Origin: an uncultured Alphaproteobacteria bacterium
Lineage (GTDB): Bacteria; Pseudomonadota; Alphaproteobacteria; Micropepsales; Micropepsaceae
Length of the DNA: 64,000 nucleotides
Reading direction: 5' to 3'
Assembly (NCBI GenBank): GCA_963766265.1
Contig: CAVXYX010000001.1
Location: 414,297 to 478,296, forward strand
In this document: piece by piece, positions 1 to 11,725 of the stretch
Position numbering within the stretch: position 1 is the first letter of the stretch
How the letters are laid out: each line of letters starts with the position of its first letter
Notes under the pieces: generated by a model
Databases searched by the model: none
The model's input: the letters and a program-made list of their open reading frames with translations, nothing else
Told to the model about the DNA's origin: nothing
Translations under genes and position numbers: made by a program

Positions 1-1594
1 GCCGGCGGAGCGGGCATGGTCGTCGGTCAGGCCCAGATAAAGCGCCGGCACGCCGAAGGCGGCGAGTTCATAGGCGGTGACGCCGAACGCGCAAAGCGCC
101 AGATCGGCCCAGGCATATTCGATGGCCAGATCGTCGGCGCCTTCGACGGTCTCGAAATTGTTCGACAGCGCCACCACCGTCCGCGCCACGCGTAGCGGCA
201 TCTTTCATGCCGGCGCCGATGACGAAGCGGACGCGGATATCCGCGTTCAGCGACGCCAGCGCCTCTGGCCGCGCGCAAGGTAAGGCCGTGCGGATCGCTG
301 CCGCCCATCGCGACCAGCAGATGTGGGCCGCGTCTTGTGCGGGGCATGCACCGGCGCGAGATGCGGGTTGAGCCCCAGCAGCGCCCATTCCCAGCCGATG
401 CGCGCCTGCGGTGCGCGCGCCCGTCCAGTCCAGCTCGCGCGCCTGCGGCACCGGCGGATAATAGGCGAAATCGCACGCCAGGCGCGCTATCCGAACCATC
501 GTCGATGATGGCGGTGACGGGAACGGCGCGGCGCAATTCTTCGAGTTCGAGCGCGGGACGGACCTTCGCGGCCGTCCAACAGCAGCATGTCGGGCCTGTG
601 TCGCGCGATCTCCGCCGCTAGCGCGCGATGATCCTCGATCATCGCCATGCCGAAGCCGGCGCGGCGGATGGGCGTGGCGGCATCCTCGCTGCCATGGAGC
701 GCGAACAGGACGCCGATGCCTTCGCGGTCCCGAAGCAGCGCGCGCCAGCGCCACCATGCGCTTGACATGGCCATAGCCGAAACTTGCCGCCGCCATCGCA
801 GCGGATCAGCGCCAGGCCGCCAGAGGGCCGAAGTTGTTTCTGCTTCACATGGCGCGTTGATGGCGCGCAGTTCCGGCTCGCGCTCCAGCAGCAGAAGCAG
901 ATCGGCCAGCGACGCTTCGCCCGGCGCGGGCCTGCAATCCGGTCATGCATGGCCTCGACAAAGGCGAGATCGTCCGGCGTGTCGATGGTGAGCCGTCCCG
1001 CCTTCGCGCGCCAGCGGCGGATAGGCGGGCGCGCGGGCGATGGGCACGAAATCGGGATGAAGCTTGAAATAGCCGGTGACATGCTCGCGCGCCACCGGAT
1101 CGTGACGCGGCCTCGCATCATCAGCTTGTCGAGGCCGCGCCGGGTCAAGGGATCGACGCCTTCATGTGCGCAAAGCGCGCCCTCTTCCATCAGCACATAA
1201 TCGCCGTCTTGCGCGATCAGTGCTGGCGACCAGATGATCGATGAAACCCGCATCCAGGAAAGGCGCATCGGAGGAGACCCGCACGATGATGTCGGCGTTC
1301 AGCTGTTCGGCGGCGCGGGCGAAGCGGGCCAGCACGTCGTCTTCCGGGCCGCGCACCACGGTGACGCCATGGCGGCATGCCGAATTCCACGATCGCTTCG
1401 TCGCAGCGGATTGGTGGTGGTGGCGATGGCGATCTCGTCGATCAGCTGCGAGGCTTTGAGGCGATGAACGATGTGCCAGAGCAGCGGCTGGCCCGCGATG
1501 GGCTTCAACACCTTGCCCGGCAGGCGGGTCGAACCCATCCGCGCCTGGATGACGGCAACAATCGCGCAGGCTTGGCTGGCCGAGCCGGATTCAC
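1..1594 (-). CDS. SpsF/PseF-like cytidylyltransferase fused to PseG/SpsG-like nucleotide-sugar hydrolase (frameshifted; 3' end outside window)
   Basis: N-term IVAVIQARMGSTRLPGKVL, EDDVLARF, RLTIDTPDDL (KdsB/SpsF family), then ALIRCDGGGKFGYGHVKR, LLVAMGGSDP, ADLALCAFGVTAYEL (PseG family). GTG overlaps the neuB stop (GTGA 1591-1594). Confidence 0.8.
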
Positions 1595-2473
1595 GCGGCT
1601 TCGCCCTTGTAACTGCGTACGGACATGGCGACAGCGGCCGCATGCCGTCGGCCGGATCGGCGCGCCAATCGCGGTCGGAGAGTTCGGACGGCTGCGGGCC
1701 TTTGAAGCCGTCGCCGTCGGCGATCAGGCTTTCGCGGATGCGCGCGATCACGGGCGCGATCTCGTGCGGCAGCCAGCAATGGCCCGCCGCATATTCCGCG
1801 CCCTTGCCATCCAGATCGAGATGGAATTCCACCGCCCGCGCACCCCAATGATGCACGGCGCGTTCGATCACTGCCGGGCGGCGGGTGTGATCGGACCAGC
1901 CGGTGGGAAGGCCGGTCGCGTTGCGGATGGCGGCGATGGCGGAAAGATTGGCTTCGGCGGCGGGCGTCGGATAGGCGGAAACGCAATGCAGCAGAGTGAT
2001 GTCCCTGGCGCCCGCCTTCTGAAGGGTGCGGGCGGCCGCCACGATCTCGTCCATGGTCGCCATGCCGGTGGACAGCACCACCGGCTTGCCGGTGCCGGCG
2101 CAGGCCTTGAGCAGGTCGTGACCAGAAGCTCGTAGGACGCGACCTTGTAGAAATCGACAAAAGGCGCCAGTTCAGCCACCGCCTCCAGATAAAAAGGCGT
2201 GCAGGAAAACTGGATTTTCCGGGCTGAACAGTGTTCGGCCAGTGGCGCCAGATGCGCGAGCGGCAATTCCCATTCCTTGCGCGCCCGATGCTTGGGACTT
2301 TGCGCCAGGATCTCGGGCGCGAACATGCGGTCGATCTTGAAAAGCTGGAATTTGACCGCGTCGCAGCCGGCATCTGCCGCCGCATCCACAAAGGCCTTGG
2401 CGCGCGCGAGATCGCGGCCGTGGTTGCTGGAAGCTTCGGCGATGAAAATCGGCCGGGATTGGTGAGCTTCCAT
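1591..2473 (-). CDS. neuB: NeuB/PseI-family nonulosonic acid synthase (frameshifted; no C-terminal SAF domain)
   Basis: IFIAEASSNHGRDL, DAVKFQLF, FYKVASYE, VLSTGMAT, LLHCVSAYP, GWSDHT motifs. Confidence 0.88.
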
Positions 2474-2514
2474 TTAACCCTTTCTAAAGAGCGTATGGCT
2501 AAGAAGCGGTTAAC
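2474..2514. promoter_or_regulatory. Two CtrA-box-like sites in the divergent neuB/methyltransferase promoter
   Basis: TTAA-CCCTTTC-TAAA (2474-2488) and CTAA-GAAGCGG-TTAAC (2499-2514), each one mismatch from TTAA-N7-TTAA. Confidence 0.5.
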
Positions 2515-2528
2515 GAGGGAGCCTGCCA

Positions 2529-3478
2529 ATGAGTCACGATGCCGCGCGAAAAATGTCATCGGCGATGGCGTCGCATCAGCGGCCGTGCGGGTGCGCGCGC
2601 CCGCGAGCATCACGACATCATCGAATGCGAGGCGTGCGGCTTCAAGCATGCCTTGCCGCTGCCGGACGCCGGCCGCGCTCGAGCGCGCCTATCGCGAGGA
2701 ATATTACGCCAGCGAAAAACCGACCTTCCTGGCCCATGCCGGCGAAGACCAGGACTGGGCGCAATTGGCGCAGACCGACCGGTTGGAGATTTTCGAATCG
2801 CTTTTGCCGCCCGACCGCCGCCGCCTGCTGGATATCGGCTGCGGGCCCGGGTTTTTTTCTGCAGACCGCGATGAGGCGCGGCTGGCTGGCGCACGGCATC
2901 GAACCATCGCGCCAGGCGGCTGCCCATGCGCGCGGGCTGGGCGCGCCAGTCACCGAAGGATTTTTCAACGACGACCAGCGCCGCGCGCTGGGCCGGTTCG
3001 ACGTGGTCCATCTCAACAATGTGCTGGAGCATGTGCCCGATCCCGATCGCATCCTGATCGGGCTGGCGCACGGCCTGCTGGAACCCGGCGGCGTGATCTG
3101 CGTCAATGTTCCCAATGATTTCTCGCCGCTTCAGATCGCCGGCGCGCGCCGCGGCTGGACGCAGCCGATTGGTGGGTGGCGCCGCCGCATCACCTGAATT
3201 ATTTCGATTTCGATTCGCTCACGAGCCTGCTTGACCGGCTGGGCTTTCGTCGCCAAAGCCGCACCACCAGCTTTCCCATGGAAGCGTTCCTGATGATGGG
3301 CGAGAATTACGTCGGCGATCCGGCGCTGGGCCGCGCCTGCCACAACGGCGCAAGAAATTCGACCTTGCCTTCGAGGCCGCCGGGCTGAAGGAAACGCGCC
3401 GCGCTTTCTATCGCGCCTTGGCGGAGACTGGGCATCGGCCGCGAAGCCGTGGTCATCGCGGTCAAGGCAACGCCATGA
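2529..3478 (+). CDS. Class I SAM-dependent methyltransferase (frameshifted)
   Basis: CEACG Zn knuckle, LLDIGCGPGFF, FDVVHLNNVLEHVPDP, VNVPND, PPHHLNYFD. Confidence 0.8.
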
Positions 3479-4314
3479 GCGCGCAGCCCGTTCTTCATCG
3501 TCTCGTCCGGGCGCTCCGGCACCGCCATGCTGCACAAGGCGCTGTCGCGCCGTGGCCGGCGTGGAAATGCATCACGAATATATGGTGCAGATCACCCAGC
3601 CTTTGGCGGTGCAGCGCTATCTGGGCCTGGTCGGCGCGGACGAAACCGCGCGCGTCATCGCCGAAACCTATGGCGCGGCGATCCGCTACAGCGACGCCGC
3701 GCATTGGGGCGATTCCTCCAACAAACTGTCCTGGCTGATTCCCGAACTGGCGGCAGCTGTTTCCCAAGGCGCGCTTCGTGCATCTGGTGCGCGATGGCCG
3801 CAAAGTCGCCAGTTCCTATTTCCACAAGCTGGGCGACGAATGCTACGACGACCGCTCCACCGCGATTCTGCAGGCGCATTACGACGACGCCGGCGCTCGC
3901 CCGCGCCGCCGCCGGAAAAGAAATATTGGTGGCCGCTGCCGCGCCAGGGCGAGCGCGCGAGGCGCGACGCTTTCCGCGGCTTCACCCAGTTCGAGCGCAT
4001 CTGCTGGCATTGGGCGGAGATGAACCGCGTGGTCGCTGGAGGAATTGTCCCAGCTTGCCGCGGCGAGCGAACACTGTTCGTGCGGCTGGAGGAGCTGCGC
4101 GACGTCGCCGTCGGAAGTCCGCGGCCTTTATGAATTCCTGAACCTTCCCTACCGCGACGAGGCCTATGGCGTTTTCGCCCGGCCGCACAATGTGAACCGC
4201 CCGGAAGACCGGCTGCTGGATGCCGGCCAGCGGGCGCAGTTCGACGCCATCGCCGGCGATATGCTGGCGCGGCTGGGCTATGCCGAACGCGCCGAATATG
4301 TGGTGAATTATTAG
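3475..4314 (+). CDS. Sulfotransferase-fold protein (frameshifted)
   Basis: FFIVSSGRSGT (5'-PSB-like loop), HLVRDGRKVASS (3'-PB motif), VRLEEL, terminal LARLGY. Confidence 0.7.
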
Positions 4315-4375
4315 AAATTTAACGCTGCCCGGCGGATCATGGTTACCGGATTCTTGACCGGACCATTGCCCATGC

Positions 4376-5582
4376 ATGCCGACCTGCCAGCTCTGCGACT
4401 TTTGCGGCAGCGACGCTCTTGCACTTCGTCTATCAAGCCGGAACGGCTCCACGCGGGGCCTGAAAGTCTATCTCTGCCGCCATTGCGGCCTGGTGCAAAG
4501 CCTGCCGCGCATCGACCGGACCACGGCGCGCCATGACGCGGCGGTATCGGGCGGCGCCGACTGGGGCAATGTGCGCTACGGCAAGGGCTTTCGCACCCAG
4601 GCGGCGATGGATGCGCTGGCGCGCGCACGCCGAGCTGGACGAGCCGCTGGCGCTTCTGGATGTCGGCTCCAATCGCGGCCGCTTCGCCAAGGCCTTTCTC
4701 GAAGCCGCGCCCAAGGCGCACGTCACCGCGGTCGAGCCCGACGAGCGTTATGCCGACAGTCTGCGCCGGACCTGCCGCGCACCAGGCTGATCCGGGCGCG
4801 CATCGAGAGACGCGACGCTCGCCGACGCCAGCTTCGACATCGTTCATTCCTGCCACACCATCGAGCATCTGGCCCATCCGTTCGCAAGCGCTGAAGGATC
4901 ATGCCCGGGTGCTGAAGCACGGCGGCCTGCTGGTGCTGGACGCGCCCAATATCGCGCTGATCGGCGGCGACGACATTCTCGAGGAATGGTTCATCGACAA
5001 GCATCTCTATCATTTCTCGCGAAACCACGCTGGCGCGGATGATCGAGGCGGCGGGCTTCACCATCCTCGAACGAGCCCGATCCGGCCGATCGCATCAATC
5101 TCTGTTCGTCGCGCGCAAGACCAGGACGGCGCGGCGACGGACGATCGCCGCCGATCCCGTCGAAGTGGCGCGCTGCCGCAGCCCTGATCGCAGCTATATC
5201 GCAAGACCCGCGCCGCCAATCTGCGCGGCGCTCACGGCGGCGGCCGCGCGAACTGGACAATCTCAAGCCGCAGCGCGTGGCGCTGTGGGGCGCGGGCCGG
5301 CTGTTCGATTCCCTGGTGCTGGCGGGCGGTTTCGATCCCGACAACCTGTCCCTTCTGATCGACGCGCATCTGATTCAGCACATGCCGCGAACGGCACGGC
5401 GTGCAGCTCTGCCGCGCCCGAGGCGCTGGCGGCGCCACGCCGGTCGATGTGATCGTGGTGATGTCGCGCGGCTTTCGCCGGACGAGATCGTGCGCCGAAG
5501 CCAGCCGGCTGGCGCCCAACGCCCGCATCATTCTCTATGCCGATCTTCTGGCGCGCGCGCGCACTCGGCCAACGCGGCCTGA
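4376..5582 (+). CDS. SAM-dependent methyltransferase with N-terminal Zn motif and C-methyltransferase-like C-terminal domain (frameshifted)
   Basis: CDFCG...CRHCGLVQ, LLDVGSNRG, HTIEHL, HLYHFS, C-terminal ALWGAG. Confidence 0.72.
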
Positions 5583-5589
5583 GGCAGAC

Positions 5590-6502
5590 ATGACCCAGCA
5601 ATCCCCGGAAGACCGCTCCCGCCAACGACCGGCACGCCCTGCGAAGAGAAACTTGCGCGAGGCGGCGCGCTTCATCCGCTGCCATGCCGTCGCCGTCGAT
5701 CTTTCATGCCGGTTCGGGCCATCCCGGCGGCGCGCTGTCGTGCGGCCGACCTGCTCGCCTGCCTTTACGGCGCGGAGATGAATGTCTGGCCCGACCGCGG
5801 TGGACGATCCGACCCGCGACCGCTTTGTCCTGTCCAAGGGCCATGCCGCGCCCGCGCTCTATGCCGTCGGGCGCGCATTACGGCTTCTGCGACGCCAAGG
5901 CGGCGCTGACGCTTGCGCAAGCTGGAACAGCCCGTTCCAGGGCCATCCCCATGTGCTGGATCTGCCCTGGGTGGAGACCTCCACCGGCTCGCTGGGCCAG
6001 GGCATTCTCGGTCGCGCTGGGCATGGCGATGGGCCTGAAGCTGCAGAAAATGCCGGCGCGCGTCTACACCCTGCTGGGCGACGGCGAATTGCAGGAAGGC
6101 GAAGTGTGGGAAGCCGCGATGTGCGGGCGCCCATCACAAGCTCGACAATCTCTGCGCCGTGATCGACTACAACAAGCTGCAAAGCGACAACTCGCAACGA
6201 CGCGATCATGCGGCTGGAGCCGCTGGCCGCCAAATGGCGCGCCTTCGGCTGGGCGGTGGCCGAGATCGACGGCCATGACATTCCGCGCGATCCTGGCGGC
6301 CTTGCGCCGCGCCGGCGCGACGCGCGAGCAGCCCGTCGGTGATCATCGCCCACACCATCAAGGGCAAGGGCGTGCCCTATATGGAAAACATTCCCGCCTG
6401 GCATGGCAGCGTGAAGCTGACGCGCGAGCCCAGACCGAAGAGGCGCTTGGCGGCGCTGGGCGCGCAGCGCCGACGAGATCGAGGAGTTTCTCGAATGTCT
6501 AA
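5590..6502 (+). CDS. Transketolase-like ThDP-binding N-terminal subunit (frameshifted)
   Basis: [52 protein letters not shown]. Confidence 0.88.
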
Positions 6503-7462
6503 GTCCCGCCCTGATCGCCAACAGCGATTCCCTGCGCGAAGCCTTCGGCAAGGCCCTGTCGGCGCTGGGCGACGAATTTCCCAAGCTGGTGGTGCTGGAC
6601 GCCGACATCGCCGGCGGCACCGGCGTGCATCATTTCCGCAAGAGCCATCCCGAGCGCCTGATCCAGTTCGGCATCGCCGAGCAGAACATGATGGCGGCGG
6701 CGGGCGGCCTGGCGGCGGTCGGCCTGATCCCCGTGGTCACCACCTTCGCGGTCTTCTGCCTGCGCGCCATCGAACAGGCGCGGCTGTCGCTCTGCTATGC
6801 CCGGCGCAACGCCAAGATCGTGGCCAGCCATCCCGGCCTGGATGTCGGCCCCGATGGCGGCTCGGCCCAGGCGCTGGAAGACCTGGCCGCGTTCCGCGCC
6901 ATTCCCGGCATGACCGTGATCTCGCCCGCCGATCCCACCGAAATGGCGCTGGCGACGCGCGCGATCCTGGAATATCGACGGCCCGGTCTATATGCGCACC
7001 GGCCGCAGCCCCGCGCCGCGCCTGTTCGGCGACGATCACAAATTCGAAATCGGCAAAGGCCAGATCCTGCGCGACGGCAACGACGTCACCATCGTCGCCT
7101 GCGGCGTGGAAGTGGCGCGCGCGCTGGCCGCCGCCGAGATGCTGGCCGAAGACGGCATCGCCGCGCGGGTGGTCAACATGCCGACCATCAAGCCGATCGA
7201 CACCGACGCTGCTGGCGCGCTGCGCCGCGGAAACCGGCGCCATCGTCACCGCCGAAGATCACAATATCCATGGCGGACTGGGCGGCGCGGTGGCGGAGGC
7301 GCTGGCCGCAGACCGCGCCCTGCCCGATCGAATTCGTCGGCGTGAAGGACAGTGTTCGGCGCTTCCGGCGAGCCGGAGGAGCTGGCGCAGCATTTCGGGA
7401 TCTCGCGCGCCCTTCATCGCCGACGCGGCGCGGCGCGTGATCGCGCGCAAGAAGAATCATGA
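6495..7462 (+). CDS. Transketolase-like C-terminal subunit (frameshifted)
   Basis: [45 protein letters not shown]. Confidence 0.88.
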
Positions 7463-8221
7463 GTCCGCTTTTCGCTTGCCGGGAAAATGCGCCGTCGTCA
7501 CCGGCGGCAGCCGCGGCATCGGCCGCGCCATCGCGCTGGGCCTGGCGGAAGCCGGGCGCCGATGTGCTGCTCACCTATCGCGAGCAATCGCGCCGAAGCG
7601 GACGCCGTCGGTCGAAGCAGATCGAGGCTCAAGGGCCGCCGCGCCAAGGCGGTGCACGATGGATGTCACCGACCGCGCCAGCGTCGAGGCCGCGGCCGAG
7701 GCGCGCGCGGCTTCGGCCCGATCTCGATCCTGGTCAACAATGCCGGCATCAACAAGCCCACCGATTTCGACCAGGTCGAGCGACGCCGATTGGGACTACG
7801 ATCCTGGACACCAATCTCAAAGGCCCATTCCTGGTGGCGCAGGTCTTCCTGCCGCTGCTGAAAGAGGCGGGCGGCGGCTCCATCGTCCATATCGGCTCGG
7901 TCAGCGGGCAATATGGCGGCCCGCGCACCGCGCATTATGCCGCCTCCAAGGCCGGGCTGATTTCGCTGGCGCAGGTGATCGCCCGCTTCGGCGCGCAATA
8001 CGGCGTCCGCTCCAATGTCGTGGCGGCGGGCCTGATCGCCTCGGAGATGGCGGCGGGCGGCATGGCAGGCGGCCAGCGTGCAGAAAGCGGCGGAGAATAT
8101 CCTGCTCAAGCGCATGGGCACGCCGCAGGAAGTGGCCGATGCCGTGGTGTTCCTGGCCAGCGACGCGTCGTCCTACATCACGGCGCAGACCATCAACGTC
8201 AATGGCGGCCTGTACTTCTGA
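7459..8221 (+). CDS. SDR family NAD(P)-dependent oxidoreductase (frameshifted)
   Basis: [31 protein letters not shown]. Confidence 0.88.
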
Positions 8222-9462
8222 TGAGCAACTTCTGCGGCAAGACGCTTCTGATCGTCTCCGGCGGCATCGAAGCGGCCGACGCCGCCAAGCGCGCCAAGGA
8301 GATGGGGCTATACTGTGGTGGTCTCCGACCGCGACCCCCAAGCGCCCGGCTTTGCCTTCGCCGATTCCTGCCTGATCGCCGATGTCTATGGCGCCGACGG
8401 AAACCGCCGCCGCCGCCGAACGCTATAGCCGCAAGATCCGCAAGATCGACGGCGTGATCTGCGTCGCCGCCGATGCGCCGGTCACCGCGGCCACGGTGGC
8501 GCAGCGCCTGCGCCTGCCCGGCCTGCCGGTGCATGTGGCCGAACTGGCCTGCGACAAGCTGGCGATGAAGAGATGCTTTCCGATCGCCGGCGTGGCCGGT
8601 GCCCTGGTTCGCAGGAAGTCGCGACGCCGCAGGAATTGCAGCGCATCGCCATCGAGCGCGGCCGCGATCTGGTGATCAAGCCGGTGGACAGCCGCGGCAG
8701 CCGCGGCGTGCAGCGCGTGGCGCAGGTCGAGGATCTGGCCAAGGCGTTCATGCTGGCGCGCTCCCATTCGCCCAGCGAGCGGGTGATGGTGGAGCAATAT
8801 CTGGACGGGCCCGCAGGTCTCGACCGAATAGCGTCGTCATCGGCGGCCGCTGCTTCACGCCCGGCTTCTCCGACCGCAATTACGAATATCTGGAACGCTA
8901 TGCGCCCTTCTTCATCGAGAATGGCGGCGACCTGCCCAGCCATCTGCCGCCGAAGACATCCAGGCCAAGGTGCGCGATCTGGTGGCGCGGGCCGCCAGCG
9001 CGCATGGGCGTCACCGACGGCACGGTGAAGGGCGACATCGTCGTGCACAATGGCGAGCCCTATGTGATCGAGCTGGCGGCGCGGCTGTCGGGCGGCTTTT
9101 TCTGCACCCGGGAAATTCCCCTGAACACCGGCGTCGATTTCATCGGCGCGGCGATCAGGGTCGCGCTGGGCGAAGCGGTGACGCGAAGCCGAACTTGACG
9201 CCCAAGCAGTTCACGCCGGTGGTCCAGCGCTATGCTTTTCCCAAGCCCGGCAAGGTGATCGCGGTCGAGCGGCGCGGACGAGGCGCGCCGGATTCGCCGG
9301 CGTCGCCGAAGTGGTCGTCACCGCCCGGCCCGGCGACATCATTCCGCCGGCCGGCGACAAGCGGCCTTCGCGCGCCATGGTGCTGGCCACCGGCGCAAGC
9401 CGCGACGCCGCGCTGGCGGCCGCCAATGACGCGCTGGCCTGATCCGGATCGAAACCGCATGA
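8221..9462 (+). CDS. ATP-grasp domain ligase (frameshifted)
   Basis: CDKLAMK, VIKPVDSRGSRGV, MVEQYLDGP, KGDIVV...VIELAARLSGG. Confidence 0.85.
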
Positions 9463-11439
9463 ACGCGCCGCTGCCGCAGCGCCGACCGTGCGGCGCGGCG
9501 CAGCGCGCTTGCGGGTGTTCGCCTTTTTCCATCTCAATCTGGCCTTCTCCTCCATCGAGGAAGAGCGGCGCGGCGAGGTGATCGCGCGCTGCTATTGGCC
9601 GCTGCTGCGGCTGGCCGAACGTGCGGGCCCCATCGGCATCGAAGCTGTCCGGCTACACGCTGGAAGAAATCGCCGCGCGCGATCCCGCATGGATCGGACG
9701 CGCGCGCGAGCCTGATCGCGCGCGGGCCGCATCGAACTGATCGGTTCGGGCTATCAGCCAGATGATCGGGCCGCTGGTGCCGGCGCGGGTGACGGCGGAA
9801 AATCTGCGCCTGGGCAACGAGATCTATCGAGCGGCTGCTGGGCGTGCGCCCGCGCCTGGCGCTGGTCAATGAGCAGGCCTATGCCGGCGGGCCTGGTCGG
9901 GCTTTATCGCGATGCCGGCTATCGACGCCATCATGATGGATTGGGACAATCCCGGCCGCGCATCATCCCGAATGGCCGGCCGAGACCCAATATCTGCCGC
10001 AGCGCGCGCGTGGGCGCCGATGGCCGCGAGCATCGCGCTGATCTGGAGCAACACCACCGCTGTTCCAGCAAATGCAGCGCTTCGCCCATGGCGACATCGA
10101 GCTCGGAAACTTATCTGGATTTTGTGCGCGGCCGGCGAGCGCCGCCAGCCGCGCGCGCTGTGCCTCTATGCCAGCGACGCGGAGATTTTCGATTTCCGTC
10201 CCGGCCGCTTCAGGACCGAGGAGAAGCTTGTCGGGCGAAGCGAATGGGCGCGGCTGGAACAGGCGCTTGCGCGCCGTCGCCAACGAAGCGCGCATGATCG
10301 GCGCCGTCCGAGCGTCCTGGCGCTGCACGGATCGCCCGGCGCGGGCCAGATTCTGTCGCTGGAAAGCGCCGCCTGTCCGGTGCCGGTGAAGAAGCAGCGC
10401 AAATACAATCTGGCGCGCTGGGCGGTGACCGGCCGCGACAATCTCGCCATCAACGCCGCCTGCCAGCGCATCTATCGAGGGCATGCTGGCCAGCGAGCCG
10501 ACGCCGGACTGGAAAGAGCTTTGCTATCTCTGGGCCAGCGATTTTCGCACCCATCTGACCGAAAAGCGCTGGGAGGCCTATTGCGCCCGCCTGACGGCGG
10601 CGGAAGCGCGATGGAGCGCGCGCTTCGCCGGCGCTGCCCGCGCCGCACGGCGACGCCGGTCGAGGACCGCCATATCGACATCGCAGACGCCGCAGTTCGC
10701 GGCCGCGACTCGACCGGCGGCGCGGCCTGGCGCTGGCCAGCCTGCAATTCGACGACCAGCGCAGCCCGGCGCTGGGCGGCCTGCCGCACGGCCATTTCGA
10801 CGACATCGCGCTGGCGGCCGACTGGTACACCGGCGATTGCGTGTTCGAAGCGCCGGGCGAACACAAGCTCACCGATCTGGAATGGTGCGAAGCGCAGCGA
10901 TCGCGCACGAGGCCAATGGCGATGTCCTCGCGTTCGCCCGGATCGAGACGCCCAAGGGCCCGATCGAAAAACGCCTGCGCTTCTGCGGCGCGGCGCCGCG
11001 GGTCGAATTCGACCTGGCGTTCCATTGGCAGGATTGGGGCAAGGGCGTGCTTGCGGCTGGGCCATTTCACCTTGCTGCCGGACGCCTTCGATGCCGACCG
11101 CGCTGCGACTGGCCACCACCAATGGCGGCGGCCGCGAGACTTTTGCCCTGGCCGGCCGGACCATCGATCACGGCGCGCCGGTGTCGTTCCTGGTTTCGTC
11201 CAGCCACGGCTTCGGCATGACCGAAGGCTGGGCCGAGATCGGCGACGCGCGAGACGCGCCTGCGCATCGAGGTGGACCGCGCCGACGCGCCGCTGCTGGG
11301 GCTGCTCACCCATCGCCGCGCGGGCGAGAAGCTTGTTCTGCCAGGTCCAGCTTTCGGCGCTGGAACTGGACGACACGCGCAAACCCGGCGCCTATCGCCC
11401 CGGTCCGCGCCGCTTCCGCTTTTCGGTTCAGCGCTTTAG
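9459..11439 (+). CDS. GH57-like / polysaccharide-deacetylase-fold protein (frameshifted)
   Basis: FAFFHLNLAFSSIEE, CYWPLL, ELIGSGY.Q.IGPL, VNEQAY, YASDAEIFDF, WASDFRTH. Confidence 0.6.
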
Positions 11440-11680
11440 CTTCAGGCCATCGCGTCTTGGCCGTGACTTTCTTCCCCTGCGCGGCGTAGCCGCTAGCGGC
11501 GGAAGATGTCCGCCTGCGGGCTTGCCCGCGTTGGCGGACAGATGGGGGCATATTAAAAAGCCGACGGGCGACGCCCCCCGGCATCGCCCGTCTGCCCCAT
11601 GTCCCACCGAATGATTCCCTACGCCCGGGGGCGACGATATCGCCTTGCGGCGTTCGTCCGATTTTCTGAAGAACCAAGGA

Positions 11681-11710
11681 AGCGGGCGGGACGCTTGCGC
11701 GCGCCCGCCG
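11681..11710 (-). terminator. Hairpin downstream of flagellin 1 (putative terminator)
   Basis: GCGGGCG...CGCCCGC stem followed on the minus strand by TTCCTTGGTTCTT. Confidence 0.45.
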
Positions 11711-11725
11711 TCACCCTGAGGCGTA

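Noticed and set aside
6339-8457. Apparent long fusion ORFs across transketolase, SDR and ATP-grasp genes
   Set aside because: Artefacts of frame switching; overlapping stop/start codons mark separate genes.
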